Assembly: GCA_963767925.1 (NCBI GenBank)
Contig: CAVYGB010000008.1
Coordinates: forward strand, 3,248,239 to 3,312,238
Direction of reading: 5' to 3'
DNA length: 64,000 nt
Source: an uncultured delta proteobacterium
Lineage (GTDB): Bacteria; Myxococcota_A; Polyangia; Fen-1088
In this document: piece by piece, positions 40,438 to 49,321 of the stretch
How the letters are laid out: every line of letters starts with the position of its first letter
How positions within the stretch are numbered: the first letter of the stretch is position 1
Made by a program: the position numbers and the translations under genes
The notes under the pieces: model-generated
Databases searched by the model: none
What the model was told of the DNA's origin: nothing
What the model saw: only the letters and a program-made list of their open reading frames with translations

Positions 40438-40671
40438 GGGTGTTAGCTCGCAGGTAGTTTCGTAGATCACCGCGAGGATCTTCCGGCACTGCGCCCCCGG
40501 TGAGCCGGGTGAGATGGGGGGCGAGACCGGGACGGTGTGGCGGGGAGGTATTGCGGGAAGGGCGGCACCAAGGCAAAGCTCCTGGCCGGCAGGCATGGGG
40601 CCCGCCCTCGTGATCCCCAACATAAGTTGGGCCCGCCACGGCTGGTACCCGTGCGGACCCTTGGCCGGTCT

Positions 40672-41292
40672 GTGCAGCTGCGACAGGCGTCGGCACAGAC
40701 CAGCGAGGAATACGTTAGGCAGGAAGGCTGGCGACAGGCAAGGCTCGAGCGGTGCCCGGTTCACGGCGCGGCAGCGGGGTGCGGGTTCCGCCGGCTGGGG
40801 ACGTACCAGCGGGTCAGGCCGGCCGGGATGCGGGTGGCGCGGTACTACTGCCCCACGGCCCACACGAGCTTCAGCCTGTTGCCGGACTGCCTGGCGGCGA
40901 GGCTTCCGAGCGATCTCGACGAGGTGGAGCGGGTGGTCGCGGCGGTGGAGGCGGCGCCGTCCGTGCAAGCCGCGGCGGATGAGCTGCGCCCCGACATCGA
41001 GCTGCCCGGGGCGATACGGTGGGTCCGTCGGCGGCTGGGCCCGGTGCGGGCCGCGCTGCTGGCGCTGGTGACGATGGTGCCAGAGCTGGCAGGCTCGTGC
41101 GCCCCGACCATCACCGAGGTGGGGCAGCGGCTGGACAGGCCGGTGCTCCGGCAGGTGCGGGCTCAGTTCGAGAAGCAACTCGGGAAGGTGGCCGCGCCCG
41201 TCGGATTCGGGCGTCCGCCCTCACCCCGCCGACGAGGCCGGACACCCTGCGAACACGACCCGGGGCCAGACCCGCCGACGCGATCCCGGTAG
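40672..41292 (+). CDS. Transposon accessory protein with Cys/His motif
   Basis: RCPVH...GC...GTYQR...YYCP...FSLLPDCLAARL; first gene inside the element. Confidence 0.7.
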   Translation: MQLRQASAQTSEEYVRQEGWRQARLERCPVHGAAAGCGFRRLGTYQRVRPAGMRVARYYCPTAHTSFSLLPDCLAARLPSDLDEVERVVAAVEAAPSVQAAADELRPDIELPGAIRWVRRRLGPVRAALLALVTMVPELAGSCAPTITEVGQRLDRPVLRQVRAQFEKQLGKVAAPVGFGRPPSPRRRGRTPCEHDPGPDPPTRSR

Positions 41293-41333
41293 CGGTGGTG
41301 CGTGGCGCCCACGAGGGCGCCAAGGAGGCACCG

Positions 41334-42690
41334 ATGGACATCAAGGACGACGACAAGGAGCGACGCCACGCCGTCGCGCTGTTCCGGTACGGGCTGATCG
41401 CGGACCTATTGCACTGGCCGCGAGGAAAGCGCGGGCTCGGCGAGATGATCGCCAAGAAGGCCGAGCGCGAGCACGACATTCCCGGGTCACGACGTTGCCG
41501 GGTGGCACCAGAGACGATCCGGGACTGGCTCAAGGACTACCGACAAGGCGGCTTTGATGCCCTGCTGCCCAAGCCCCGGCGGGACCAGGGGCAGGCGCGC
41601 GCCATCCCGCAGTCGGTGGTGGATCTGCTGTGCATGGTCAAGGAGGACAAGCCGGCGCTGTCGGTGCGGATGGTGATCGAAGCGGCGCGCGCCTCGGCAG
41701 AGGTGCCGCAGGACGTGGAGCTGGCGCCGGCGACGGTGCACCGGGTGCTGTCCCGAGCCGGCCTGATGGAGCGGCGGCCAGACGAGCCGACGAGCAACGA
41801 CCGGCGCCGCTTCTCCTACCTGAAGGCAGGTGAGCTGTGGATGAGCGACGTCATGCACGGACCGGCAGTCCTCGACGAGCGCAAGCGCCGGCGCAAGACG
41901 TATCTCATCTCCTTCATTGACGACGCCACGCGGGTGATCCCCTATGGGGCTTTCGCGCTCGGGGAAAATGTCGCGTGCTTTCTGCCCGTGTTCGAGCAAG
42001 CCATCCGCCGCAGAGGGATCCCGAAGCGGCTCTACGTTGATAATGGGGCGGCGTACCGGTCGAACCACCTGTCGCTGGTGTGCGCGAAGCTGGGAGTCAC
42101 GCTGATCCACGCCCGCCCGTACCAGCCTCAGGGCAAGGGCAAGCAAGAGCGTTGGCATCGCGAGGTCCGACGCCAGTGCCTCGGCATCCTCGGCGAGCAG
42201 GACACGACCAGCCTGGAGGCGCTCAACCGCAGGCTCTGGTCCTGGATCGAGGGCGAGTACCACCAGGCCCCGCACAAGGGCCTCGACGGTGAGACGCCGA
42301 TCGAGCGCTGGGCACAGGTCTCCGATGAGGTACGACTGCCCGACGCCAATATCGACGTGGGCGACCTCTTCCTCTTCGAGGAAAAGCGCAAGGTCCACAA
42401 GGACAGGACCGTGAGCCTGCGGGGCGTGATCTACGAAGTCGACGCCGCCCTCGTCGGCGACACGGTCACCCTGCGTTTCGACCCCTCCCGCCTCGGCAAG
42501 CCGGTCGAAGTCTGGGCCAAGGGGCGCAAGGTCGCACTCGCACGGCGGGTGGATGCCTACGCCAACTGCTTCGTCAGGCGCGACAACGAGGTCCGCGACA
42601 CCCTGCGGGTCGACGGCGCCTCCGCGCCGCCACCGCCCGAGGGCCTGCGTCTGCGCGACTTCGACGGCGGTAGACGAAGGAGGCCGCTGA
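41334..42690 (+). CDS. DDE transposase (integrase core plus Mu-like C-terminus)
   Basis: AAGGAGG RBS; LWMSDVMHG, IDDATR, YVDNG, GKGKQERW. Confidence 0.9.
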
Positions 42691-43487
42691 TGTACCGCAA
42701 GCACTTCGGCTTCAATCGCCATCCCTTCGGCAAGGAGATCGATCCCGACGACCTGTTTGCGTCAGGGTCCAGCCAGGAATTGGCGGCGCGGCTCGGGCAC
42801 CTCATCGACATGCGCGGCATCGGGCTCGTCACCGGCGACAGCGGAAGCGGCAAGACCACCGCCTGCCGAAAAGTCGTCTCGGCGCTGCACACCGGCCTTC
42901 ACCGCGTCGTCTACGTCGCTCACTCGACCGGCAACGTGATGGATGTCTACAAGACCATCGCCTGGGAGATGGGCCTGCCCACCGAGCGCAACCGCGCCGC
43001 CGTCTACCGCCAGATCCGGACGGAGGTGACCCGGCTGACCACGGAGGCTCGTTGCCGCCCGGTCCTCATCGTCGATGAGGCCCACCACCTGCGGCCCGAC
43101 GTCCTCGAGGACCTGCGCTTGTTGACGAACTACCAGATGGATGCCGAAAACCGTCTGTGCCTGCTCCTGGTCGGCCAGACGGAACTGCGGCGTCGCCTGG
43201 GCATGGCGGTCTACGAGGCGCTCAGCCAGCGCATCGTCGTCCGCTACCATTTCGGGGGGCTCACACGCGACGAACTGGCCGCCTATCTCGCGCACCGCTT
43301 GCGGCTGGCTGGGACCGAACTGCCCCTCTTCGAGCCCGCCGCCATCGAGGCGATCTTCCAGGCCACCGGCGGCCTGCCGCGCAAGGTGAACCTGCTGGCC
43401 CACCACGCGCTCATGGCCGCAGCCCTGGCGCGCGCCAAGACCGTCACCGCCGAGCACGTGCAGGCCGCCCTGCCGGAGGTCGGGTGA
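42690..43487 (+). CDS. ExeA-like AAA ATPase transposition helper
   Basis: Own RBS and TGATG overlap; GDSGSGKT Walker A, IVDEAH Walker B, GLPRKVN. Confidence 0.9.
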   Translation: MYRKHFGFNRHPFGKEIDPDDLFASGSSQELAARLGHLIDMRGIGLVTGDSGSGKTTACRKVVSALHTGLHRVVYVAHSTGNVMDVYKTIAWEMGLPTERNRAAVYRQIRTEVTRLTTEARCRPVLIVDEAHHLRPDVLEDLRLLTNYQMDAENRLCLLLVGQTELRRRLGMAVYEALSQRIVVRYHFGGLTRDELAAYLAHRLRLAGTELPLFEPAAIEAIFQATGGLPRKVNLLAHHALMAAALARAKTVTAEHVQAALPEVG

Positions 43488-43801
43488 TGCCCCGGCGCCA
43501 CCGCGTCCTCGACCCTGAGCCGCTGCTGCGGCCCACGCCCGGCGAGCTCACCGCCGCACCCGAGCTCGGCGTCTTGGCCGCACTCGACGCCAATCTGGCC
43601 ACGGCCGCCTACCAGCTACACGCCGAGCACCCCGACCTCACCCTCGAGGCCCTCGCGCGAGGTGACCTCCCCTCGGCCCAGGCGCGCACCGCCAGCCTCC
43701 TGCTCTTCCGCTGCGCCGACCTCAGGGCGGCCATCAGGGACTACCGCGCCATCGCCGTCGACTCCGATCCCGACGACGACCAGCTCCATCTGCCCTTCTG
43801 A
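43487..43801 (+). CDS. Small transposon accessory protein
   Basis: TGATG coupling to the ATPase; 104 aa ending DDDQLHLPF. Confidence 0.7.
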   Translation: MPRRHRVLDPEPLLRPTPGELTAAPELGVLAALDANLATAAYQLHAEHPDLTLEALARGDLPSAQARTASLLLFRCADLRAAIRDYRAIAVDSDPDDDQLHLPF

Positions 43802-43974
43802 TCGCCCGCTGACCCCACCGCCAGAGCCCCGGTCCCGAGCACTTCGGCGCCGGGGCTCTCGCTTTCTAGCCCCTGCTGATCCCGCCTGCACTCGGCGTGC
43901 AATCTGGGAAACCACCCCACTGCACGCGCGCTTTTGGCCGACAAAGCCGCGGTGAAATAGCGTGAGAGACAACA

Positions 43975-44746
43975 CCTCGTCGACCACGCCCAGCTGCGCG
44001 AGCGGCGCAATCAACTGCGCCATCCCCAGTACACCGCGCCCGAGCTCATGGCGACCGGCCCCAACCAAGCGTGGAGTTGGGACATAACGAAGCTGAAAAC
44101 CTTTCGTGAAGAGCCAGTACCTGCACCTCTACGTCATCCTCGACATCTACTCGCGCTATGTCGTCGGCTGGCGAGTCGAGACATGCGAATCCGGCGAGCT
44201 CGCCAAGGAGCTCATGGAAACCGCCTGCGAGCGGCAGAAGATCCCACCCGGCCTCCTCACCATGCATTCCGACAACGGGCCCCGCGATGATCTCTCAGTC
44301 GGTGGCCTCGCTGCTCATCACCCTCGACGTGGCCAAGAGCCACTCGCGGCCCCACGTCTCCGACGACAACCCCTTCTCCGAGGCGCAATTCAAAACGCTC
44401 AAGTACCGCCCCAACTTCCCCGAGCGCTTCGCCTCCCTCGAGCACGCTCGCGCCTTCCTGCGGGAGTTCTTCGCCTGGTACAACACCGCCCACCACCACA
44501 GCCGGTTGGCCCTGCTCACGCCCCACGACGTCCACCACGGCCTCGTTGACCAGCGGATCAGCCAGCGAGCCGCCGTCCTGGACGCCGCTTACGCCGCGAA
44601 GCCAGAGCGCTTCGTTCGCAGGGCACCGACCCCTCGCCGCCCACCGGAAACCGTTTGGATCAATCCACCCAAGCAGTCCCCCGCGACCGAGGAGACGCGA
44701 GCGTAAATTCAACAGTTGGCGCTCTCAAAGTCGTTGACAGGTTCCG
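43975..44746 (+). mobile_element. IS3-family remnant (3' part of the transposase plus right end)
   Basis: PNQAWSWDITKL, ILDIYSRYVVGW, HSDNG, DNPFSEAQFKTLKY, WYN; frameshifted; 5' part missing. Confidence 0.85.
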
Positions 44747-45226
44747 GCGGCGCTGACTCCGCCCGTCACCTTCGCTCCGCTTCCTGCGGGTGCCCGACGC
44801 TTGGTTGTCCATTCCGATCATGGGCGGATCGGTGTCCTGATCTGCAGCGAGATCCTCGAATCGGCGGCTCTGGCGAGCCTGACAGGCAAGATAGGGGTTT
44901 TGCTGGTGCCCTCATGGAACACGGACACCGGAACGTTCGAACACGTCGCGCATGCCGCAGCCAGCATGCTCGTGCACTGCTTTGTCGCCGTGGCAAACAA
45001 CGCGGAGGCCTCCGACTCACGCATCGTAGCTCCCGTGGCTGCGCCTCAGCACCTCCGTGATTGGGCACGAATTATCCATCGCGAACACAGTCGCGTAATC
45101 TGGGGGGACCTCCCGGTTGCGAATCTGCATAGTGCCCATGCGGTCCCCTCAACTCCTCCGGCCGCCCCTCAAAAGCGTGTCCCGGTCACTTTCAGACCTC
45201 TCCCTCCGGGATGGGAAGAACTTTGA
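44747..45226 (+). pseudogene. C-terminal carbon-nitrogen hydrolase fragment, RT-nitrilase (DRT1/UG1)-like
   Basis: GVLICSE, VPSWNTDTGTF, HCFVAVANN, DSRIVAP, terminal FRPLPPGW; cut at its 5' side by the IS3. Confidence 0.7.
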
Positions 45227-45893
45227 ACTTCGACTAGACACCACAGGCTCGGCGGGGCCCCGCCAGCGATGTGGCGATCACGCGGGGTGCACGTCGCTGC
45301 CGTGGTCCCGAGCTACCGGAAAGCCGAGGGATCGCACGGCTCCGAGAAACCCCACCGGCTATTTTTTTCCGTCCCTTGCAACAACCGCCGGAAAATCGCC
45401 CACCGCAGGATGAAGGACGATGACGTGACCAAGGGACAGCGGGGATGGTTGTGGTGGCGTTTCAGGTGGGGTGGACTGCTCGCGGCGATTCGAGCCGCGC
45501 TTGGATTGCCAGCATGTCGCAGTCAGCGCGCGTCCCCATACGCAGCTACTGCACGTGCCAACCAATCTACGCACGTGCGCGTCGACAAACTCCACAAGTG
45601 GATCGCCGCTCTACGGACCGACCCCGTGGCGCTCGCAATCTCCCAGAGCCGAAAGCGTCGAGGGGTCTCTCCCGCGGCGATTCTCGGGTGGCATAGGCCA
45701 CCTGCCCTTCGAGCAGACCAGCAATGTCCAGCACTCCATCAGTATTCACGGAAACAACCTCAAGATGTACCATTACCTGGTCTCCCGTTCAGGTCAGCTG
45801 CCCTGACGTGACGCGTCGTTTATGTGCCAGAGCGCTAGTTCCTTGGGCCTCGTGCTTCGGCGCCCCGATGCACCATAATGATAATGTTGTGGT

Positions 45894-46331
45894 GTGCTTC
45901 CGTCCCTCGATCCGGATACAGGTCTCCTGCCCGCCGGCGAGCACGTGGCTCCTTGGGATGAAGTGCTGGAGAGGTTTGGATGGAATGACAGGCGCCGTGG
46001 ACTACTCGATGGACTGGCTGAAGCCCTCGAATTGCTCGCGAGCGTCGGCTGCCGTCGCGTGTGGATCAACGGCAGCTTCGTCACGGCGAAGGACGAACCG
46101 GGTGACGTGGATGTCTGCTGGGACACCGCCGGAGTCGACCTGGACCGCATCGATCCCATCTTCCGCGACATGTCTCGTGGCCGAGCAGCGCAGAAGGAGC
46201 GCTTCGGCTGCGAGTTCCTCCCTAACGTCACCGAGACAGGCAGCGGCCTCGTCTTCGCAGAGTTCTTTCAACAGGAACGGGACGGTTCCCGGAAGGGAAT
46301 AGTCGTGCTGGAGCTGGGCGAACAAACATGA
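45894..46331 (+). CDS. Minimal nucleotidyltransferase-fold protein (DUF6932-like), putative toxin
   Basis: GLLPAGEH and WINGSFVTAKDEPGDVD (GS...DxD); overlaps the HTH gene. Confidence 0.75.
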   Translation: MLPSLDPDTGLLPAGEHVAPWDEVLERFGWNDRRRGLLDGLAEALELLASVGCRRVWINGSFVTAKDEPGDVDVCWDTAGVDLDRIDPIFRDMSRGRAAQKERFGCEFLPNVTETGSGLVFAEFFQQERDGSRKGIVVLELGEQT

Positions 46332-46765
46332 TCACCAACGACGTGCAGTATCGGTCCACGAAGGCCCACCTCCGGAAGTTCGAGGACGCCCTTGCGAATC
46401 TGGAGGCCGCCGCCGGGGACAAACCGACCAAGCTCCAGCGACTTGAGATCGATGCGGTGACTGCCCAGGCCGAAGACCTCCGCGCCGAGATTCGCGAGTA
46501 TGAGGCGCTGTCATCAGGAAAGATTTCGACATTCGAAGCGTCGTCGCTCGCTGGACTAGCGAGCTTGCTGATCAAGGCGCGCATCGCAAGGGGGTGGAGC
46601 CAGCGACGTCTGGCGGATGAACTGCGAGTCGCCGAACAGCAGGTTCAGCGGTACGAGGCCACCGAGTACCGCACCGCCAGCCTGGCGCGGATCGGTGATG
46701 TGGCCGCCGCGCTCGGTGTGGACATCGCCGAAACGGCGCGGCTGCGGGATCGCAGCGCCGCATGA
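46328..46765 (+). CDS. XRE HTH protein, putative antitoxin
   Basis: MITNDVQY N-terminus; ARIARGWSQRRLADELRVAEQQVQRYE. Confidence 0.85.
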   Translation: MITNDVQYRSTKAHLRKFEDALANLEAAAGDKPTKLQRLEIDAVTAQAEDLRAEIREYEALSSGKISTFEASSLAGLASLLIKARIARGWSQRRLADELRVAEQQVQRYEATEYRTASLARIGDVAAALGVDIAETARLRDRSAA

Positions 46766-46777
46766 AGGACCTCGGCT

Positions 46778-46936
46778 GTTGCCATTCCGTTGCCACGGAC
46801 CGCGGATCTCCCTGGAACTCAGCGGAACCAGCAGGAACGGGACAGGGACCGTAACCAGCGAGAAGGACTGCAAGTCGGTGCCGCACCACGGGTTTTCCGA
46901 TCTCCTTCTCGCAACTTCAATCCCTGTCCCGCCTAC
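46778..46936 (+). repeat. attR-like element, copy 1 (arm repeats + hairpin + 21-bp tRNA 3' core)
   Basis: GTTGCCATTCCGTTGCCACGG ... TTCAATCCCTGTCCCGCCTAC; the core equals 39212-39232. Confidence 0.92.
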
Positions 46937-46971
46937 GAATACAGAATGATCTCGCGGCGTTGGAGCGCCGA

Positions 46972-47008
46972 TTGACCTGGCAACACTCGTGTTCTACATT
47001 TCTGTAGA
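46972..47008 (+). promoter_or_regulatory. Sigma70-like promoter and palindromic operator of the GNAT TA operon
   Basis: TTGACC-17 bp-TACATT; TCTACA-TTTC-TGTAGA palindrome overlaps the -10 box. Confidence 0.65.
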
Positions 47009-47023
47009 GAAGAGGACGCGAGC

Positions 47024-47305
47024 ATGGCGGACACGCAAATCTCGGCATTCATCTCCGACACCACGAAGGAGCTCGTGGAGCGGTACGTGGAGGCCCACGG
47101 GGTCAAGAAGGGTCACCTCCTCGAGGAGGCACTGCTTCACCATCTGCAGGCACTCCGGGAGCTGCCGGCGGATCTGATCGTTCCCCCCAGACTCGTTGTT
47201 TCCCGGGAAAGCTTCGAGCGCGTCGCAGGGTTGGTTGAGCAGCCACGTGAGCCGACGCAGGCTATGCGAGATCTCATGACTGGCAAGAAGGCTCGACGGC
47301 CCTGA
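47024..47305 (+). CDS. Antitoxin (RHH/DUF1778-like)
   Basis: 93 aa; RLVVSRESFERV...PTQAMRDLM tail; TGATG-coupled to the GNAT gene. Confidence 0.78.
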   Translation: MADTQISAFISDTTKELVERYVEAHGVKKGHLLEEALLHHLQALRELPADLIVPPRLVVSRESFERVAGLVEQPREPTQAMRDLMTGKKARRP

Positions 47306-47823
47306 TGGCCCGTGAGGTCCGCCGGCTTCGTCCCGAAGACGACCGGTCGGGATTCCGCTCCGGGAACATCGAGCTCGACCGCTTCTTCCAGCGCTTCGCG
47401 GGCCAGAACCAGTTCCGCCATCACATAGGGACAACTTACGTGGCCGTCGACGGCGGGGCCATTCTCGGGTTTGCGACGGTTGCTCCTTCCGAGATCGCGA
47501 CGGCCGATCTGCCACCATCCCGGAGAAAGCGACTGCCGCAATATCCCCTTCCAGTCCTGCGACTGGCGCGACTCGCGACCGACGAGCGCGCCCGTGGGCA
47601 GGGTGTTGGCAGCGCTCTCTTGCGCGCGGTCTTCGCCTTGGCCCACCAACTCGCGGCCGACTACGGTTGCATCGGCGTTGTCGTCGACGCCAAGGCGGAT
47701 GCGGTCGGCTTTTATGAGCGCTTGGGGTTCCTCCCCCTCGACGTGCAAGGTGGTCAACTGGGGGAACGACCAGAACCCTTACCGATGTTCGTTGAGCTCG
47801 GCGCCATCCACCGCCCGACATGA
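47305..47823 (+). CDS. GNAT acetyltransferase toxin (AtaT/TacT-like)
   Basis: FRSGNIELDRFF, LPVLRLARLATD, GQGVGSALL, VVDAK, FYERLGF. Confidence 0.9.
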   Translation: MAREVRRLRPEDDRSGFRSGNIELDRFFQRFAGQNQFRHHIGTTYVAVDGGAILGFATVAPSEIATADLPPSRRKRLPQYPLPVLRLARLATDERARGQGVGSALLRAVFALAHQLAADYGCIGVVVDAKADAVGFYERLGFLPLDVQGGQLGERPEPLPMFVELGAIHRPT

Positions 47824-48000
47824 TCACGAGCACACGATATCGCTTCACGAAGGCTCGTCTGCGAACGTTCGAACAGGCGCTCGGCGCCCTGATAGCCGCA
47901 GCAGGGGCCAAGCCTACGAGGCTCCAGCGCCTCGAGATCGAGGCGGTGCGCGCTTTGGCCGAAGACCTTCGAACGGAGATCCGCGACCGGAAGGCGCTGC
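47820..48000 (+). pseudogene. 5' fragment of an XRE antitoxin paralog
   Basis: MITSTRYRFTKARLRTFEQAL...LQRLEIEAV aligns with the N-terminus of 46328-46765; HTH part missing. Confidence 0.8.
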
Positions 48001-48032
48001 CGTCCGAACACATTGCCACCGTGGGAGCCTCC

Positions 48033-48353
48033 ATGAAGATCGTCACGCTTCGCGACCCAAACACCGGGCGCACCTTCGACCGCGCAGCAGTGCGGACGGC
48101 CATGGAGTTGCCCGCCGACTGGCCGGACGACGCGAGCGTGATCGTCACGGTCGACGATCTAGAATGGATCCAGCCGACTGGCCAGAGGGTCGTGCGTCAC
48201 TCGGTGACCCGATGCCTGGAGCAATTCTTCGCTGGCGAGCGCTGTCTGATTCCCACACGGCGTGTTTCGGACGATGGGTTGACCCTCTGGATGGTGGTCG
48301 AGGTCGTCGTGGCGCTCCACCTCGGCGACCCTCCCACGGACGATTGGTTTTAG
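48033..48353 (+). CDS. Hypothetical protein
   Basis: GGGAG RBS and ATG; 106 aa; in frame with the preceding fragment. Confidence 0.55.
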   Translation: MKIVTLRDPNTGRTFDRAAVRTAMELPADWPDDASVIVTVDDLEWIQPTGQRVVRHSVTRCLEQFFAGERCLIPTRRVSDDGLTLWMVVEVVVALHLGDPPTDDWF

Positions 48354-48391
48354 CCAGCCCCCTGGGCGGTGCCGTCGACCGCGCGGCGGGT

Positions 48392-48453
48392 CCGTTGGGG
48401 CCGTGCCACGAAGAGGCGGTCTCGGTGGAACTCAACGGAACCAGCAGGAACGG
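48392..48453 (+). repeat. Partial attR-like element, copy 2 (no tRNA core)
   Basis: CCGTGCCACG...TCTCGGTGGAACTCAACGGAACCAGCAGGAACGG matches 46808-46840. Confidence 0.85.
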
Positions 48454-48580
48454 CCGGCCTTCCAGTGCCAGCTTGTCTCCGGAGGGATACCCGGCGAAGC
48501 AGGTCGCCGCATCAGCCGGAGCCTGTTGTCGCTTGGCTTGCCAGCCCGTCCATTCCTGGTGTTGGATGCCCGGAAGAGAG

Positions 48581-49321
48581 ATGCCAAAGGTTACCGTCGT
48601 CAATCCCTGGCACTGGCTCAATGCGGACGGCTCGTTTCCGCCGGAGCCACGCCTGCGCAAGCGAATCGCTCGCGTCGCCCAGTGCATCGAGTACGGTGGC
48701 GGCCTGCGCATCGGACAGGCCCGGCAAACGCTCATCGCGTGCCGTGGACGCGACTGTCTGGGGTTCATGGTCGTCCTGAAGCAGAAGGACGAGGCCATTC
48801 AGGCATTCTGCGCCAGCTGCACGCTGGACGAGTTCTTGATCTACGAGTGGGAGGAGACCCCTTGGGCCAAGGGGCCTCCGGTTGCCGTCGAGGTCGCCAG
48901 CCTCGCCAGCTCGAGCGGCGGCGACGCGAAATCCTCGCAGCGGTCGAGCGCGCACGACCTCACGACGACGCTTGAGCGGACGCTCACCTTGCTGGGTAGT
49001 CCTTTGTCGGCGGCCCATATTCACGAGCTGATCGCCAAGAGTGACCATCCTGGGGTGGTGGCCGAGGCGGTGATGGCCTCGATCCCTGGACCTCCACCCA
49101 CCAGGGGAGCGGTCGAACGCTTTCTCCCCGTCCTCATGAGCGTTTGGAACGAGACACCACGACCCGACCTGAAGGGCCGATCGCCGAACCAGGCCTACCA
49201 CGAAGGCCCTTCGTCGCCGCCCGAGGCAGCGCAGCCCCTGGATCTCGGACGAAATCGCCCGTGTCCTTGTGGCAGCGGCAAGAAGTACAAGCGCTGCTGT
49301 ATTTCGGCCAAGACCAACTGA
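48581..49321 (+). CDS. SEC-C motif protein with Cys-rich N-terminal domain
   Basis: C-terminal GRNRPCPCGSGKKYKRCC; internal C...C and CxxC. Confidence 0.82.
   Translation: MPKVTVVNPWHWLNADGSFPPEPRLRKRIARVAQCIEYGGGLRIGQARQTLIACRGRDCLGFMVVLKQKDEAIQAFCASCTLDEFLIYEWEETPWAKGPPVAVEVASLASSSGGDAKSSQRSSAHDLTTTLERTLTLLGSPLSAAHIHELIAKSDHPGVVAEAVMASIPGPPPTRGAVERFLPVLMSVWNETPRPDLKGRSPNQAYHEGPSSPPEAAQPLDLGRNRPCPCGSGKKYKRCCISAKTN

Larger units (their letters stand above)
40441..43974 (+). mobile_element. Four-gene Mu-like/IS481-like DDE transposon with AAA helper
   Basis: Ends TGTTAGCTCGCAGGTAGTTTC ... GAAATAGCGTGAGAGACAACA (imperfect IR, TGT...ACA); no target duplication. Confidence 0.8.

Noticed and set aside
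40438..41178. 247-aa N-terminal extension of the integrase
   Set aside because: It lies antisense within the inserted transposon; open frames are common at this GC content.
41019..43487. 822-aa transposase-ATPase fusion ORF
   Set aside because: An AAGGAGG RBS and a TGATG overlap at 42688-42692 indicate two coupled genes; a single indel near 42670 explains the fusion in this error-prone assembly.
46860..46936. Additional tRNA genes at 46.9 and 52.3 kb
   Set aside because: Only the T-loop and 3' acceptor strand are present; there is no D arm, anticodon arm or CCA.
47471..48580. 616-aa ORF 47471-49321
   Set aside because: The first part overlaps the GNAT gene and repeat copy 2 off-frame; only 48581-49321 looks like a protein.
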